The position numbers were made by a program, and so were the translations under genes. A DNA stretch of 64,000 nucleotides from Lytechinus pictus (taxonomy: Eukaryota): contig NC_087245.1 in the NCBI RefSeq assembly GCF_037042905.1, positions 44,022,001-44,086,000 on the forward strand, written 5' to 3'. Below the pieces are notes generated by a model. That model saw only the letters and a list, made by a program, of their open reading frames with translations, had not been told where the DNA came from and did not search any database. This document shows positions 51,883-64,000 of the stretch, one piece after another. Numbering within the stretch: the first letter of the stretch is position 1; each line of letters opens with the position of its first letter.

Positions 51883-52334
51883 TATTGTGCACATATATAT
51901 ATCCATAGTCATGGATTTGCAAGTAAATTTCTAAAACAAGTGTAGAGATTTTTGTAAATGTATATACTTTTATAATCATTTGCATGATTAAAAGTACACT
52001 TTAAAATAGGAAAGAAAAAAAGTAAAAATGTACTTAGAGAGGGAGAGTCCAGGATAGAAGAGGCATAACCTTGTTTTTTCATATATACAATATTTTTTAT
52101 GGTTTCTTGTCAATTCGAAGATGCTGATTACGAATATGAATGATGCCACTCGTGTAACCTTGAGCATTTTCCGCAAATTGACAAAATCCAATATAGCCGC
52201 CAAAATATGCATATTACCCATGAAAATCATAAAATTGCCAGCAAATTTGCTAAATACAATTTTGGACAAAATATTTATATCTTGATATTCAAAATGGCCG
52301 CCACAGACCTCTGTATACCCTATTATGTACAATA

Positions 52335-52928
52335 CCGGGGGGGGGGGGCACTTACATTGACGAGTGGATACCATGCGCGACCAAAAAACATGTAAAAAGG
52401 ATGTCATTTTTTCAAGATAGGGCACGTTACGTACGTAACGTGATAAGGGTGTCAAAAACACAAAAATAATGAAAAAATGGTATCTATTTCGCTAGGAAAG
52501 CTACGTGTTTAGGGTCAAATTTGCGGGGATGATAAAACAAAATTAAAATGTTTTCCCAAATGTTTTATAAAGGATGTCCTTTTTGCCCCAACGCTATACG
52601 TGTTTAGAGTCCAATTTTCGCGAGGTGTAGAAGGTGGGGCCGTATACTAGACCAAAATTAATGATGTGTAAAGGTAAAACTGACGACCGACGGGCCCGTG
52701 ACATAACAATAAAATATCGCTGTACTTGTTGAGGGGTTCATTTCAGGGAATACTTGCCAAGAGTATCGTTTTGTTTCCAAAACTTGTTAAGGGTAGGGTT
52801 TCACACGCCAATACTTGTTTAGGGTGCATTTTCAGAATATGGAAAATACGTGTTTAGGGTGCTTTTCGAGACCCCGTGGTCGCGCATGGTATCCACTCGT
52901 CAATGAATGTGCCCCCCCCCCCCCCGGG
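52335..52928. mobile_element. Non-autonomous DNA transposon with CCGGGGG termini, inserted in an older repeat
   Basis: TIRs CCGGGG..GCAC..CATTGACGAGTGGATACCATGCGCGACCA and reverse complement; 8-bp TSD GTACAATA (52327-52334, 52929-52936). Confidence 0.8.
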
Positions 52929-54439
52929 GTACAATATGAATAGGGAAAAATAATTTTACCAAAAAATGATCACTAAACTGCAAGTATTGTGATCTATGGA
53001 CGAAGTAATATATGAATCATCAATGCTAGCATGATGTATAATCTAATATTTCATGTATGTGATAAACGCTGTATTTTGATATTCAAAATGGCCGCCAAAG
53101 GCCCTAACAGTATTATGTGCAATGAGAACAGGACCAAAGAAATCACAAGAGTGAACACTGAAATGCATTTATTTGTGATGAATAAATGGGATACTGTCTA
53201 AAAAACATAATTTTTAACGAAATATATCATTCAGGTTTAAAGTTTGTGTTTAATACTGTATTTTGACTTTCAAAATGGCCGCCATAGACATTGATTGTAT
53301 TGTACAATGCGAACTAGGAAATAAATTTTCACACGAGTGAGCACCATAAATGCACGTAATTATGATCTATGAGTAAAATATTGTCTGAAAGCATAATTTC
53401 TAACAAGATATATCAGTTCTTCTGCCAGGTAGGTGATAAATACTGTAATTCGAAGGTCAAAATGGCCTTTACAGGCCCCAACAGTATTAGTCCGGGGGCT
53501 CAGGGAGTTTATTCAGCCGACCGGGTACATATAAGGTTTGATGGGCCCAACAGTCATGTTAGCATGATATCAGTGGTCAAGAAATTGTGTTGCTGCCGGG
53601 TCATATCCTGTACGGAAGGCCCAGAGGACCCCATTTTTGTCGGCCATCTTGGATTTTTCATGAAAATCAATTATTTTCATATTTTTGCACAAACAATGGA
53701 GAGATATTAAATAAATACGCATTTCACAATGATTTACATCGATTGCGATCGTTTTCTGGACAGTCCGGTCAATATTTTTTGAAAAATATAAGAATTTATG
53801 CAAAAAATTTCCATGTTTTTAGGCAAAAATTTGCATGTGCATTGATATCTTTCTGTTTTGTCATTAATATCAACAATTAATGCAAAATATATAAGCATTC
53901 TACACGAAAGAGGATATATTAACGAGAACATTGGTATATGCTTCATGACAGTATTGATGTCTTAATATAGGGAAAATACCTCCAAATGTATTCCCCGATA
54001 TTGAGATAAAATGACACCAAAAAAGCAACCTCCGTCACAGTCACACTTGATACCGACTATGTACAATGCGCTCGCTGGCATATGTCTTTCAAAGAGTACA
54101 ATAGACTCAATCGGTCTCGCCTCGCCTTTGTTGGTGTGACTAGCACGCATAAATGCATGTAATGAGCGTCGCGATAGAAAAGTGTATATTACATAATTTG
54201 GGTATGAGGGCAAAAGGCGTTTTTTACATATTAAAGCAACTTTTATGTTAATGAAACCTCTTGGAAAAGTTAGAGGAGGCATTGCTCTGCATGTCGCAAG
54301 CAATTACATTCGGGTACCTTAAAACATAGTCCCGCAAAAGCATGTCGAAGGTACCCCCACCCTTATCCGAAGCTTGACTATATTAAAATATCTTGCCTTT
54401 TGGAGCCCTCAATGCAGGTGGCAAAATGATGCTTTGGAT

Positions 54440-55302
54440 AGGTAAAAAACAACATTTATTTTCTTGAAATCACTTGGAGACGGAAGAGTAGGCTTTTCTC
54501 TATCAGCTACATTTAAAGAAGTGAGGGCACAGCAAAGCCTACCCTCTCAGGGGGCTGCCCCAAGTCACCCAGTCCCTTTTTCCTATTTTGCCCATTTCTT
54601 GGAAAATTCGACATTTTGGAGCCACATTGATGAAAAAAGTGTTTTTACTATGTAGTGAAGCCACTTTTATTGTTTTAAACCACTTGGAGACAAAAGAGTA
54701 TACATTCTTCTATCTGATACATATAAGAATTGCTGGAAAATCGAGGCCACCCCAGTCAGTGGGTTACCGAAAACACCATCCCCTTTTTCCGTATTTTGCA
54801 AATTTATGGAAAAATCTGCAAATTCGGAGCCCCACTGAGGCTAAAGGGTGTTTCTGCTAAAAAGCAATAAATTTTCACTGTCTTAAAACCACACGGAGAC
54901 GAAAGATTTGTTTTTTCCTCTATCAGTTACATAATTTATAAAGAAGTGCTGGTACAGCAAAGCCTACCCCCGTCAGGGGCTCCAGAAAACACCCACCCCT
55001 TTTCCGTATTTTACCTTTTTATTAGAAAATCTGCGAATTTGGAGCCCACATTGAGGCAAAAAGATGTTTCTCCTATATTGCAAGCCACTTTCATTGTCTT
55101 AAAACCACTTGGATAGGAAAAAGTCGTCTTTTTTCCATCTGCTACATAATAAACGCAGTGCTAGCACACCGAAGCCTACCCCTCAGGGGGCTTTTGAAGT
55201 CCCTCGTCCCCTTTCCATATTTTGCCAATTTATGGAAAAATATGCCAATTTGAAGCCACTGAAGAGGATAGGCGTAGATGTACCAGCACCTTTTTATATG
55301 TA

Positions 55303-55367
<65 letters not shown>

Positions 55368-57040
55368 TCCTTCTTTTTAATTTTCAAGTGGTTCAAAAAA
55401 TAAAAGTGACTTTACTTTTATATCAGAAACGCCCTTTGCCTCAATGGTTACTCAAAAATGACGAATTTTCTAATAATAAGACAAAATGGACAAACAGGAT
55501 GGGGGTGACTTAATATTCGGCAGCCCCTGAAGAGGGTAGGCTTCGATGTGCCAGCACTTCTTTATTTAAAAATGCCTACTCTTTCATCCCCAAGCCCAGG
55601 GGATTAAAAATAATAAAAGTGGTTTTACTTCATAGTAGAAATACCTTTTTGCACCAATGGGACTAAACACTGCGAATTTTCCAAAAAAGAGGGAAAATAG
55701 GCAAAAAGGTGGGGTGACTTCAGCATCCCCTGAATTGAGTAGCTTCGATGCGCCAGCACGTTTTGTGCATGTAGCTGATAGAGGAAAGCCTCTTATTTCA
55801 TCTTTAAGTTGCTTTAAAAAAATTAATTGGCTTCATTATATTGCAGGAATGCTATTTGCCTGAACGAGGGGGTCAAAAACTGCGAATTATTCAATAAACT
55901 GATAAAGTGGGACAATAGGCAAAAAGGGGGGGGGGATTCGGCAGCCTCTGACGGGGGTAGGCTTCTGTGTGCGAGCACGTCACGTCTTCAAATGAAGAAA
56001 ATCCTACCTTTTCGTCTCCCATGAGTTACAAAATAATAAAAGTGACTTTCTGCAAAGCAGAAACGCCATTTGTCTCAATGAGGCTCCAAAATGGCGAATT
56101 TTCCTAGAAATGGGCAATATACGAAATAGGGGTTGGGTGACCTTAGCCGTGCCCTGAGGGGGTAAGGCTTGTGTAGCAGATAGAGAAAATACTACTTTTT
56201 CGTATCCAAGTGGTTTAAAGACAATGAAATTGGTTTGCTATATATAGGAGAAACATATTTTAATTTGCCTCATGGGCTCCAAATTCGCAGATTTTCTAAT
56301 AAAAAAGGAAAATACGGAAATAAGGGGTTGGTGATTTCGGGAGCCCCTGACGGGGGTAGGCTCCGGTGTGCGAGCACGTCTTCAAATGAAGCTGATAGAG
56401 AAAATCCTACCTTTTCGTCTCCCAGGAGTTACAAAACAATAAAAGTGACTTTTCTGCAAAGCATGCAGAAACGTCGTTTGTCATGTTTGTCTCAATGGGG
56501 CTCCAAAATGGCGAATTTTCCTAGAAATTGGCAAAATATGAAAAAGGGGTTGGGTGACTTAATTCAGCTGCCCCCTGAGGGGATAGGCTTCAACGCGTAT
56601 AGAGAAAATACTAGTTTTTGCATCCAAGTGGTTTTAAGATAATGAAAGTGGTTTGCTATTTAGGAGAAACATCTTTGTGCCTCAATGTGGGCTCCAAATT
56701 CGCAGATTTTCTAATAAAAAGGTAAAATACAGAAAAGGGTTGGGTAATTTCGGGGCGGCCCCGTTGACCGGGGTACGCTTTGCTGTACCAGCACTTCTTT
56801 ATATGTAACTGAGAGAATAAATGTTACTCTTTTGTCACCAAGTGGATTATGGCAATGAAATGGTTGATATATAGCAGAACTTGAACACCTTTTTGCCTCA
56901 ATGGGGGCTCCATGCAAATTGACAGATTTTCCTATAAATTGTTAAAATGCGAAATAGGGGTTGCGTGACTTCAGCCGCCCCTGGGTAGGCTTCGATGTGC
57001 CAGCACTTTGTTATATGAAGCAGATAGAAAAAAATACTAC
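54440..57040. repeat. Diverged ~205-215 bp tandem array in two opposite orientations, with an embedded (TA)n at ~55305-55365
   Basis: CACTTGGAGA-type motif at 54471, 54681, 54890, 55106; reverse-orientation GTAGGCTT motif recurs about every 200 bp from 55.27 to 57.0 kb. Confidence 0.8.
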
Positions 57041-57705
57041 TCCATGCTTCTATCAGTCTCAAAATTGGTGATTTATAGAGCCAACATGTAGTTCCTCACA
57101 AATAATTCGCTGCCGATTTCTTAACATTTGAAAATAGTTACTCTTTCTCCGGCTGAAATTAACTTAATCTGGACCGGATTCAGCCTTTTAATACTTCAGA
57201 GCAGAAATGTATATATGTTTGAATGAATGTAGGAAATCACAATTTTTTAAAGTTGATGTGTGTCACAATTTTGATGAATATGTGATGCGCTTTAAAGGGA
57301 TAGTTGAGTAGTGGATGACTAGTCTAAAATCATCTTCGAAGTGTCTGTAGTTGTTGTGTCAAACTTCTAAAGACCTTAACTCCTGGATTGTTCATCTGAT
57401 TTTGCTCAAACTTTTACTAATTTATGTATATATAAGTACTCTTCTGATAGTCACATGTAGATTTCTGGGTTTAATTCCCCATTATGAATTATTTACTCAT
57501 CTGTATGTGGCATTAAAATAGCAGTCTGAAGACTTAAAACTGCATCAATTGGCAACAAAATTACTAGGGGGTAACCATAGTGACACAATTGGTAAGCATT
57601 TTCTCTTCGAAAATTATCAGGTATAAAAATAATACTGATTCAAATGTATAGTGAACACTGGGTTCCGATCTACGCCCAATCCTGTCGAACACAGTTGAAA
57701 TGTGT

Positions 57706-58251
57706 GACGTCACAGAAAGGAGCAAATTTCCCCAAGCAGACGACGTCCTACTATAACGTACACAATTTCAAAGCAACGTTTTATCCTGTATAATTAGTTT
57801 GTCATAGGTGTAAGGGAAACAAATGCAAAGAGAAACTTAGACAGACCCCTGATATTTCACTTGTGTGTTGAACAGGCCGATGAACAGGGATAATTGACGG
57901 CATTCGCTGACTTTGCTCTCGACATAGGTAACTAGGTGAAAACTGCATATTATATACAGCGGCCATGGCGGTGTGACCATTATAGTATACAACCGTATTG
58001 TATTGTGGGACTTTCAAATGCGAAAGTGGAATTTGTACCTTTTCAGAAAGGTAATTTATCCTTGCAGTGAACGTTTTTGAGCAGGACATTTTACTTTCCA
58101 CGGTCTGTGAAACTTCTTTCTAATGGCATAGGCAAAAACCCAAGTTTGCAATAAAATAAACCCATTTTCAGAGAATTAAGAGCACTGAAAATGTATCCAT
58201 AAGCTATAGACATCGTCTGCTTGGGTTGGTATACTCCCTTCTGTGGCATCA
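57706..58251. mobile_element. MITE-like element with imperfect inverted ends
   Basis: CCCAAGCAGACGACGTC (~57732) vs GACATCGTCTGCTTGGG (~58225); flanking TCACAGAAAGGAG / CTCCCTTCTGTGG. Confidence 0.5.
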
Positions 58252-58475
58252 TTAGAACATTGCCGTATTTCTTCCGATGTTCTGGTACTTAATAAAAATT
58301 TCGATTTCATTTAAATTGTTTTAGCACCTGGTATGACATTTACCAAAATCTTCAGGCTATCTACAAGATATTAGGGTACTTTTAGACATGAATTATCCAT
58401 AGCTATAATTTTCTTTCATTGTCTACTTTAACATTTGAATTTGGCATCACCAGAACGAGAGTGCTGCTCTTTATA

Positions 58476-59806
58476 CAGTGCGTATAAAAAAACGGACACA
58501 CTTGAAAAGTCTAAAATTTTCATTTGTTTCAAATTGTGATGTCTATGTTTCGGTGTTAATAGGTGCTCTGAAGTCTTATCTTTCAAATGCCATTTAAAAA
58601 ATTAGTTTTGTTCATGCTTTACCGAACACGGAATGTTTTTGTCTGGGTTTTAAAAAGGAGGCTTGCGCAAAAATGGCATAAAATGAAAATATGATGATCG
58701 GACTTCTTGCTAATCAGCAGACCTCCTCTCAACTTTTTCATTATCTCTGCCATAATTTTCTAATTATGCGGTCAAAATTCATTTTCAAATCTTTACTTGC
58801 TTGAATTTTTTAAATTTTTTTTAAAATATGTTCTCTTTTAGCTTTGAATATTCCTTCTTTAAGCAAAAACATTTTTTTTTCAAACGAAGTATGGGAAAGC
58901 GTGTTTTTTTTTCAAATCCTTTCATTGTGTGCTACAAACGTTATGGTGCCTTTAAACAGTGCCATACAGATGGGCGGGGGCTCGGGGATGTCCCCCCCCC
59001 CAAAAAAAAATAATAATACTAATAATGACCAAGAAAAAAGTGGAAAGGAAATAAAAGGAAAGATAGAAAGTGAAATATGATATTATTTTCTGAATATTAT
59101 TTCAGAATCTGTCTCAAAATTGGATAGTTTAATAAAAAGGTGGAAATTTTTGCTTGCACACCCCGCTCGCTTACAATTTTTTAATACATTTTACCCAATC
59201 TGCCATACCTAGCTCCTTCAAAATTGACTCAATACACCATTGCCATTGAATATCCTTTCCTAGTTATCCTGTCAAGCACATAATTAAACTTGGTCAAGAA
59301 ATCAATAACCCCTTGAAAAATGGATTCATGTCTTTTAAGGGTACCATAACATAATTTGTTTTTTTTTATTTGAATAAGTACAGGTTTTCGCAATTAATAA
59401 TGCAAATCTTCTTGTATGGGTTGACAAAAGGTCTTCTTTTCTTACTTATGAAGGAAAATTCAAAGGTAAAAGAAGTTTAAATGAAAAAAAATAACTCGAG
59501 TAAATAAATAAATTTGTAAATAAAGTTTGACCGCATAATCGAAAGTTATGGCACAGATAATGAAAAAGTTAAGAGGAAGTCTGCTGATTAGCAAGAAATC
59601 TGATCATCATACTACTCATATTCTGCCATTTTGGCGCTAAAAACGTCCCGTGTTTGCTCAAGCATGAACAAAAATTATTTCTTTAAATGGCATTTCAAAG
59701 ATAATATTTCAGAGCATATTTTAACATCAAAATATGAATATCATAATTTGAAGAAAAATTTTTTAAAGAATTTTCAAAACTGTCCCGTTTTTTTTAATAC
59801 GCACTG
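58476..59806. mobile_element. Tc1/mariner-type non-autonomous element with long TIRs
   Basis: TA|CAGTGCGTAT...ACGG and CCGT...ATACGCACTG|TA; inverted similarity extends ~300 bp (e.g. CTTGCTAATCAGCAGAC / GTCTGCTGATTAGCAAG). Confidence 0.8.
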
Positions 59807-60375
59807 TATATATATATATATATTATGTCTTATTATTTCATTATTGATATTATCATTGATTAATATTATCCTTTTTGATATTTGCTGCATATGTTTTGGC
59901 TATATGCCAATAGATTTTGTTTGTGTGTGAGCTGATGAACTTCATAACATTTACATTATGATTGTATTGATGATGTTGATTAATGGCATTAAAAATTGAA
60001 GTTTAAAACATAGCAAGCATTGTAATGGACTCTTTATTGGGTTTGTCCACCGTATGAGGTTAATAGTTTTCAACAAAATGAATCAAAAATCTATTCATTA
60101 AATGAATCTATAACTTGTCAAAACAAAGAGTTTTTCTATTCAAAATGAATAGGTTAACTATTCAGTCGATTGATTCGATGAACTATTCATTAATTAACAG
60201 TATACTAGTAAAAAACTGATGAGTTTTCGATTCAAATTTTGACTAGATTTCGGTCTAATTTTTTTGACAAGATTTTTCTATTCATTTTGAATAGAATCTG
60301 GTAAGTGTCCCTCGGATGAGTTTTTCGATTCAAATTTGAATAGATTCTATTCACATTTGAATAGTTTGTTATGAG

Positions 60376-60666
60376 ATTTCTTTTCCATGCTTCTATCAGT
60401 CTCAAAATTGGTGATTTAGAGCCAACATGAAGTTCCTCACACATATAAATAATTCGCTGCCGATTTCAAAAAAAAAAACCATCGCATGCGGATGCGATAT
60501 GCGGGAGGGGCCGGGTCCGGTCCGAGCTCGGACCCTCGCGCATATCGCATCCGCATGCGATGGTTTTTTTTTTTGAAATCGGCAGCGAATTATTTATATG
60601 TGTGAGGAACTTCATGTTGGCTCTAAATCACCAATTTTGAGACTGATAGAAGCATGGAAAAGAAAT
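60376..60666. repeat. Perfect inverted repeat, 128-bp arms, 35-bp GC-rich spacer
   Basis: 60376-60503 is the reverse complement of 60539-60666, including an A11/T11 run. Confidence 0.95.
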
Positions 60667-61282
60667 GAAACTTTGTGTAAAGTAAGAATATTAGTTTTAA
60701 TTGTTTTTAAAGACCGTGATATTGTATGAATTTTATATCCCCTCCCATAAAATTCCACCTTTGTCACTCAGAATATCAGATTGAGTTCACGGTCTCGAAG
60801 TTCGGGTAGGTGGAGCGTAGTGTAGCGGTAGTGCTAGTGCAGTGAGTACCAGTGGTATCTTGCTTTGAGTGTATAGTGGAGCCATAGAGATATCTCTAGC
60901 TCTAGAGCGCGGCCCGTACGAACATCGCTCGGTACGGTAGGCGCAGTGTGACCACACCGACTCTTGAACCTCTGGCCTGGGCCTGGCTAGCTGTAAGTAT
61001 TAAACTTTAAGTTTAGACTTAATTCCTCTGGGACTGAGGGGCCAAGATACTCGATAAGGAGAGTCCTCGGTAAATTGTTCTTAATCTTATTTAAGCCAGT
61101 GGGTGAGTAGGGTCGAGGCGGCCGCGCCGTGGTGGGGTCAGGATTATCGGGGATCTGCCGGCTATGATCGGGCGGCCAGGGCATGCCATGGGCCATGGCA
61201 TCGTTGCCTCGGCTGTCCAGTGGCTGGCAGGGTAGCGGTGGAGCTCCACGTCCAAACTCCAGTCACACAATTGGGTGATTTC

Positions 61283-62007
61283 AAGTTCAGTGTTGACCTT
61301 TTGGTGTTGGTGTTAGGTCAATTTAATGAAGATGGTCCCAAAAAGTCACTCACTAGTTGTTGAGATGTCAATAATGTGATCTGGAGCTGGATCAGTTTTA
61401 CAAACTCTGACTCTGAGACTGAGTAAGTTTTTGGAGCTAGGCCCTAGCCCAAGCATGCCAAGGGAAGCAATCCAAAGTTCAACACCAAGGCCAACACCGT
61501 ACTTGAAATCACCCAATGGGTGATTTCAAGTACGGTGTTCGGTGTTGGTGACTTGAGAGCTTAAAAAGGCCGCTGAACCGAGCTCCAACACTGAGCTGGG
61601 TTCAGAGCACTCATTCTATGAACAAGGTTACGAAGGTAAGGTTATGATATATAACTAGGATTATCAATAACCCAGGGCATGCAGGGAGCTCCGGCCCGCG
61701 AAGTTCAGTGTTGACCTTTTGGTGTTGGTGTTAGGTCAATTTAATGATGGTCCCAAAAAGTCACTCACTAGTTGTTGAGATGTCAATAATGTGATCTGGA
61801 TCAGTTTTACAAACTCTGAATAAGTTTTGGAGCTAGGCCTACATCGGCCTAGGCCAGGAGATCGAAGTAATCCAAAGTTCAACACCAAGGCCAACACCGG
61901 ACTTGAAATCACCCAATGGGTGATTTTAAGTACGGTGTTGGTGTTGAGAGCTTAAAAAGACCGCTGAACCGAGCTCCAACACTGAGCTATGTTCAGAGCA
62001 CTCATTC
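61283..62007 (+). repeat. ~310-330 bp direct duplication, each copy carrying a ~47-bp palindrome
   Basis: 61283-61616 matches 61701-62007; palindrome AACACCGTACTTGAAATCACCCA-A-TGGGTGATTTCAAGTACGGTGTT at 61493-61539. Confidence 0.9.
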
Positions 62008-62024
62008 AGCATCAGCATCAGCAA

Positions 62025-62255
62025 TATACGGAAGAGAAGGTAGTCCTGTAAGTCTTCCGGTCGCTTCTTCTTAAGGAAATACAGACGATACAGCTTTGAG
62101 GGTACGCTAAAGAGTTGGATCACGTGCTATATACATAGTGAAGATTGGACCAATGAATGTCCAATGTTCTTTTAAATGTATTTAGACTAGGTGCAGTGAC
62201 CACTGACTCAGGAAGATTGTTCCAGTCATTGACAACTCTTTGACTAAAAGAGTGC
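62025..62255 (-). mobile_element. CR1-like LINE 3' end fragment
   Basis: Minus-strand FSQRVVNDWNNLPESVVTAPSLNTFKRTLD, typical of the CR1 ORF2 C-terminus, followed by a short 3' UTR. Confidence 0.75.
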
Positions 62256-62306
62256 CCCTAAAAAAAATTCTATGAAGTGAACAAGGTTATGATATAACCT
62301 TGTGAA

Positions 62307-62925
62307 CATTCTATGAAGTGAACAAGGTTATGATATAACTAGGTTTATCAATAACCCAGGGAGCTCTTTCCCGCTTCGCGGGCCGGAGCCCAGGAGTCAA
62401 CCGTGCATTAGACATAGACACAGGACTTGAGTAGATTGGGGTCTCAATAACTTACCAAAAAAAATGTGAAAACAGAAATTCTGCACTTACCACGATTATA
62501 TGGATGAAGGTCTATCGTGTGACCGCATCCTGACATCGAGGCACAGACTGGAACCTAAAAAAAGAAAGAAAAGTTCTGTCGCGATACCTCTCTTAATTCT
62601 TTCAAATTTCATAACAAAATGGCCGATCGAGACTGGGGTAGGAGAGGTATCGCGACAGAACTTTTCATTTTTTTGAGGTTCCAGTCTGTACCTCGATGTC
62701 AGGATGCTGTCACACGATAGACCTTCATCCATATAATCGTGGTAAGTGCATAATTTCTGTTTTCACATTTTTTTTAGTAAGTTATTGAGACCCCAATCTA
62801 CTCAAGTCCTGTGTCTATGTCTAATGCATGTTTGACTCCTGGGCTCCGGCCCGCGAAGCGGGAAAGAGCTCCCTGGGTTATTGATAACCCTAGTTATATC
62901 ATAACCTTGTTCACTTCATAGAATG
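62307..62925. repeat. Near-perfect inverted repeat, ~285-bp arms, 49-bp spacer
   Basis: 62307-62592 is the reverse complement of 62642-62925 with only a few substitutions and indels. Confidence 0.93.
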
Positions 62926-64000
62926 AGTGCTCTGAACAGTGTTGTTGAAATGCTTTTTCCTCAGCAAATTTATAATAAATTAGTCTAAATGAAAATATTA
63001 CTAAAGTTTACGATATTAGAATTGAATTATGTGGGATGAAGTGTCTTACCTTCATTTCATGTGGTATCGAAAGTGCCGTTTGGAGGTTAAATCCACAATA
63101 AATCCACAGAGTATTCTCACGTGTAATCGCTATGGGGATATATGCGTGCGGTCGCCTGCATTATTGCAAGCTCGAGATGGCGCTGTTGAACTTGGTCTGG
63201 AAATTCATAAAAATACACAAAAATCCTGCAGTACAAAAGTACTGCATGTATGCTCACAATAAAATCATAAAAAATATACTTCATGTCTTAAACGGCAGAT
63301 CACGTGCCCACACATATACTGATTTTCACGTAAAAAATCCTTTTTTCATGCCAAAAATATAGCAATAAATGTTTTAAAATTTATGTTTTCCACATATGGA
63401 ATATTTTTGCAACATCTATAATAGAAGAAATTGTTTTTTGAATGAATTCAAACTAAAATGAAGTTTATACATGCCTTAACTTTTTCATACTACTAAAAAA
63501 AAGTAAATGCGCCGTCAATCAACGTTTGTTACCTAGGCAAGTAGTGATGTTCTATAGTGAAGTTCGTTGGTGACGCGCCTTTCTCGCTAGACTTTACTCA
63601 GCCGCCGAATGTAATTCATTCTCCGCGCACGTGCATGTTATTTTCTATGATGTTTTATACAACTGAAATTAATTTATATTAATTTCTGTGATATTTTCCT
63701 GTTTATGTATGTATGAATTCTATTTGAAGTGAATGAATTATGCTGGTGTCCTTGCCATTGAGGAAAGATGAAGATTAAACAATAATGATAGAGTTGTGCG
63801 TGTACAAGGAGTGAAACAGCGCGATTGTTTTATGATCGAATGAAACAGTGTGCCTGTCCAGATAAAATTTATCTGCCATGTTATTTTCTATGATGTTTTT
63901 ATACAACTGCAATTAATTTGTTAGATTATTTTCTGTGATATTTTCCTGTTTATGTACATGTATGTATGTGTGAATTTTATGTGAAGTAAATGAATTATAT

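Noticed and set aside
62480..62750. ACTTACC resembling the U1 snRNA 5' end
   Set aside because: It is only the complement of a GGTAAGT donor; no U1 stem-loops or Sm site in the expected arrangement.

Overview
AT-rich, repeat-dense eukaryotic genomic DNA. It is probably an echinoid (sea urchin); this is inferred from repeat style only. Two spliced genes sit head-to-head. POLR3K (RPC10/RPC11, minus strand, 3 coding exons, 107 aa) spans 12094->2890. METTL15 (mitochondrial 12S rRNA m4C methyltransferase, RsmH family, plus strand) has four clear coding exons from 16245 to 27436 plus a probable upstream start exon. The most unusual feature is a 5.4-kb minisatellite in a METTL15 intron: 97 x 56 bp, each unit a near-copy of the gene's own downstream 3' splice acceptor plus the first ~23 nt of that exon, giving ~97 decoy acceptors ahead of the real one. 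The rest is repetitive: a 15.3-kb 19-bp satellite, a 39-bp repeat with AATAAA/AAGAAA variants, a foldback element with 15-bp-repeat arms and a 9-bp TSD, a ~210-bp array that flips orientation, a cluster of long palindromes at 60.4-62.9 kb, LINE fragments and many non-autonomous DNA transposons. All calls were made by eye; no database searches were run.
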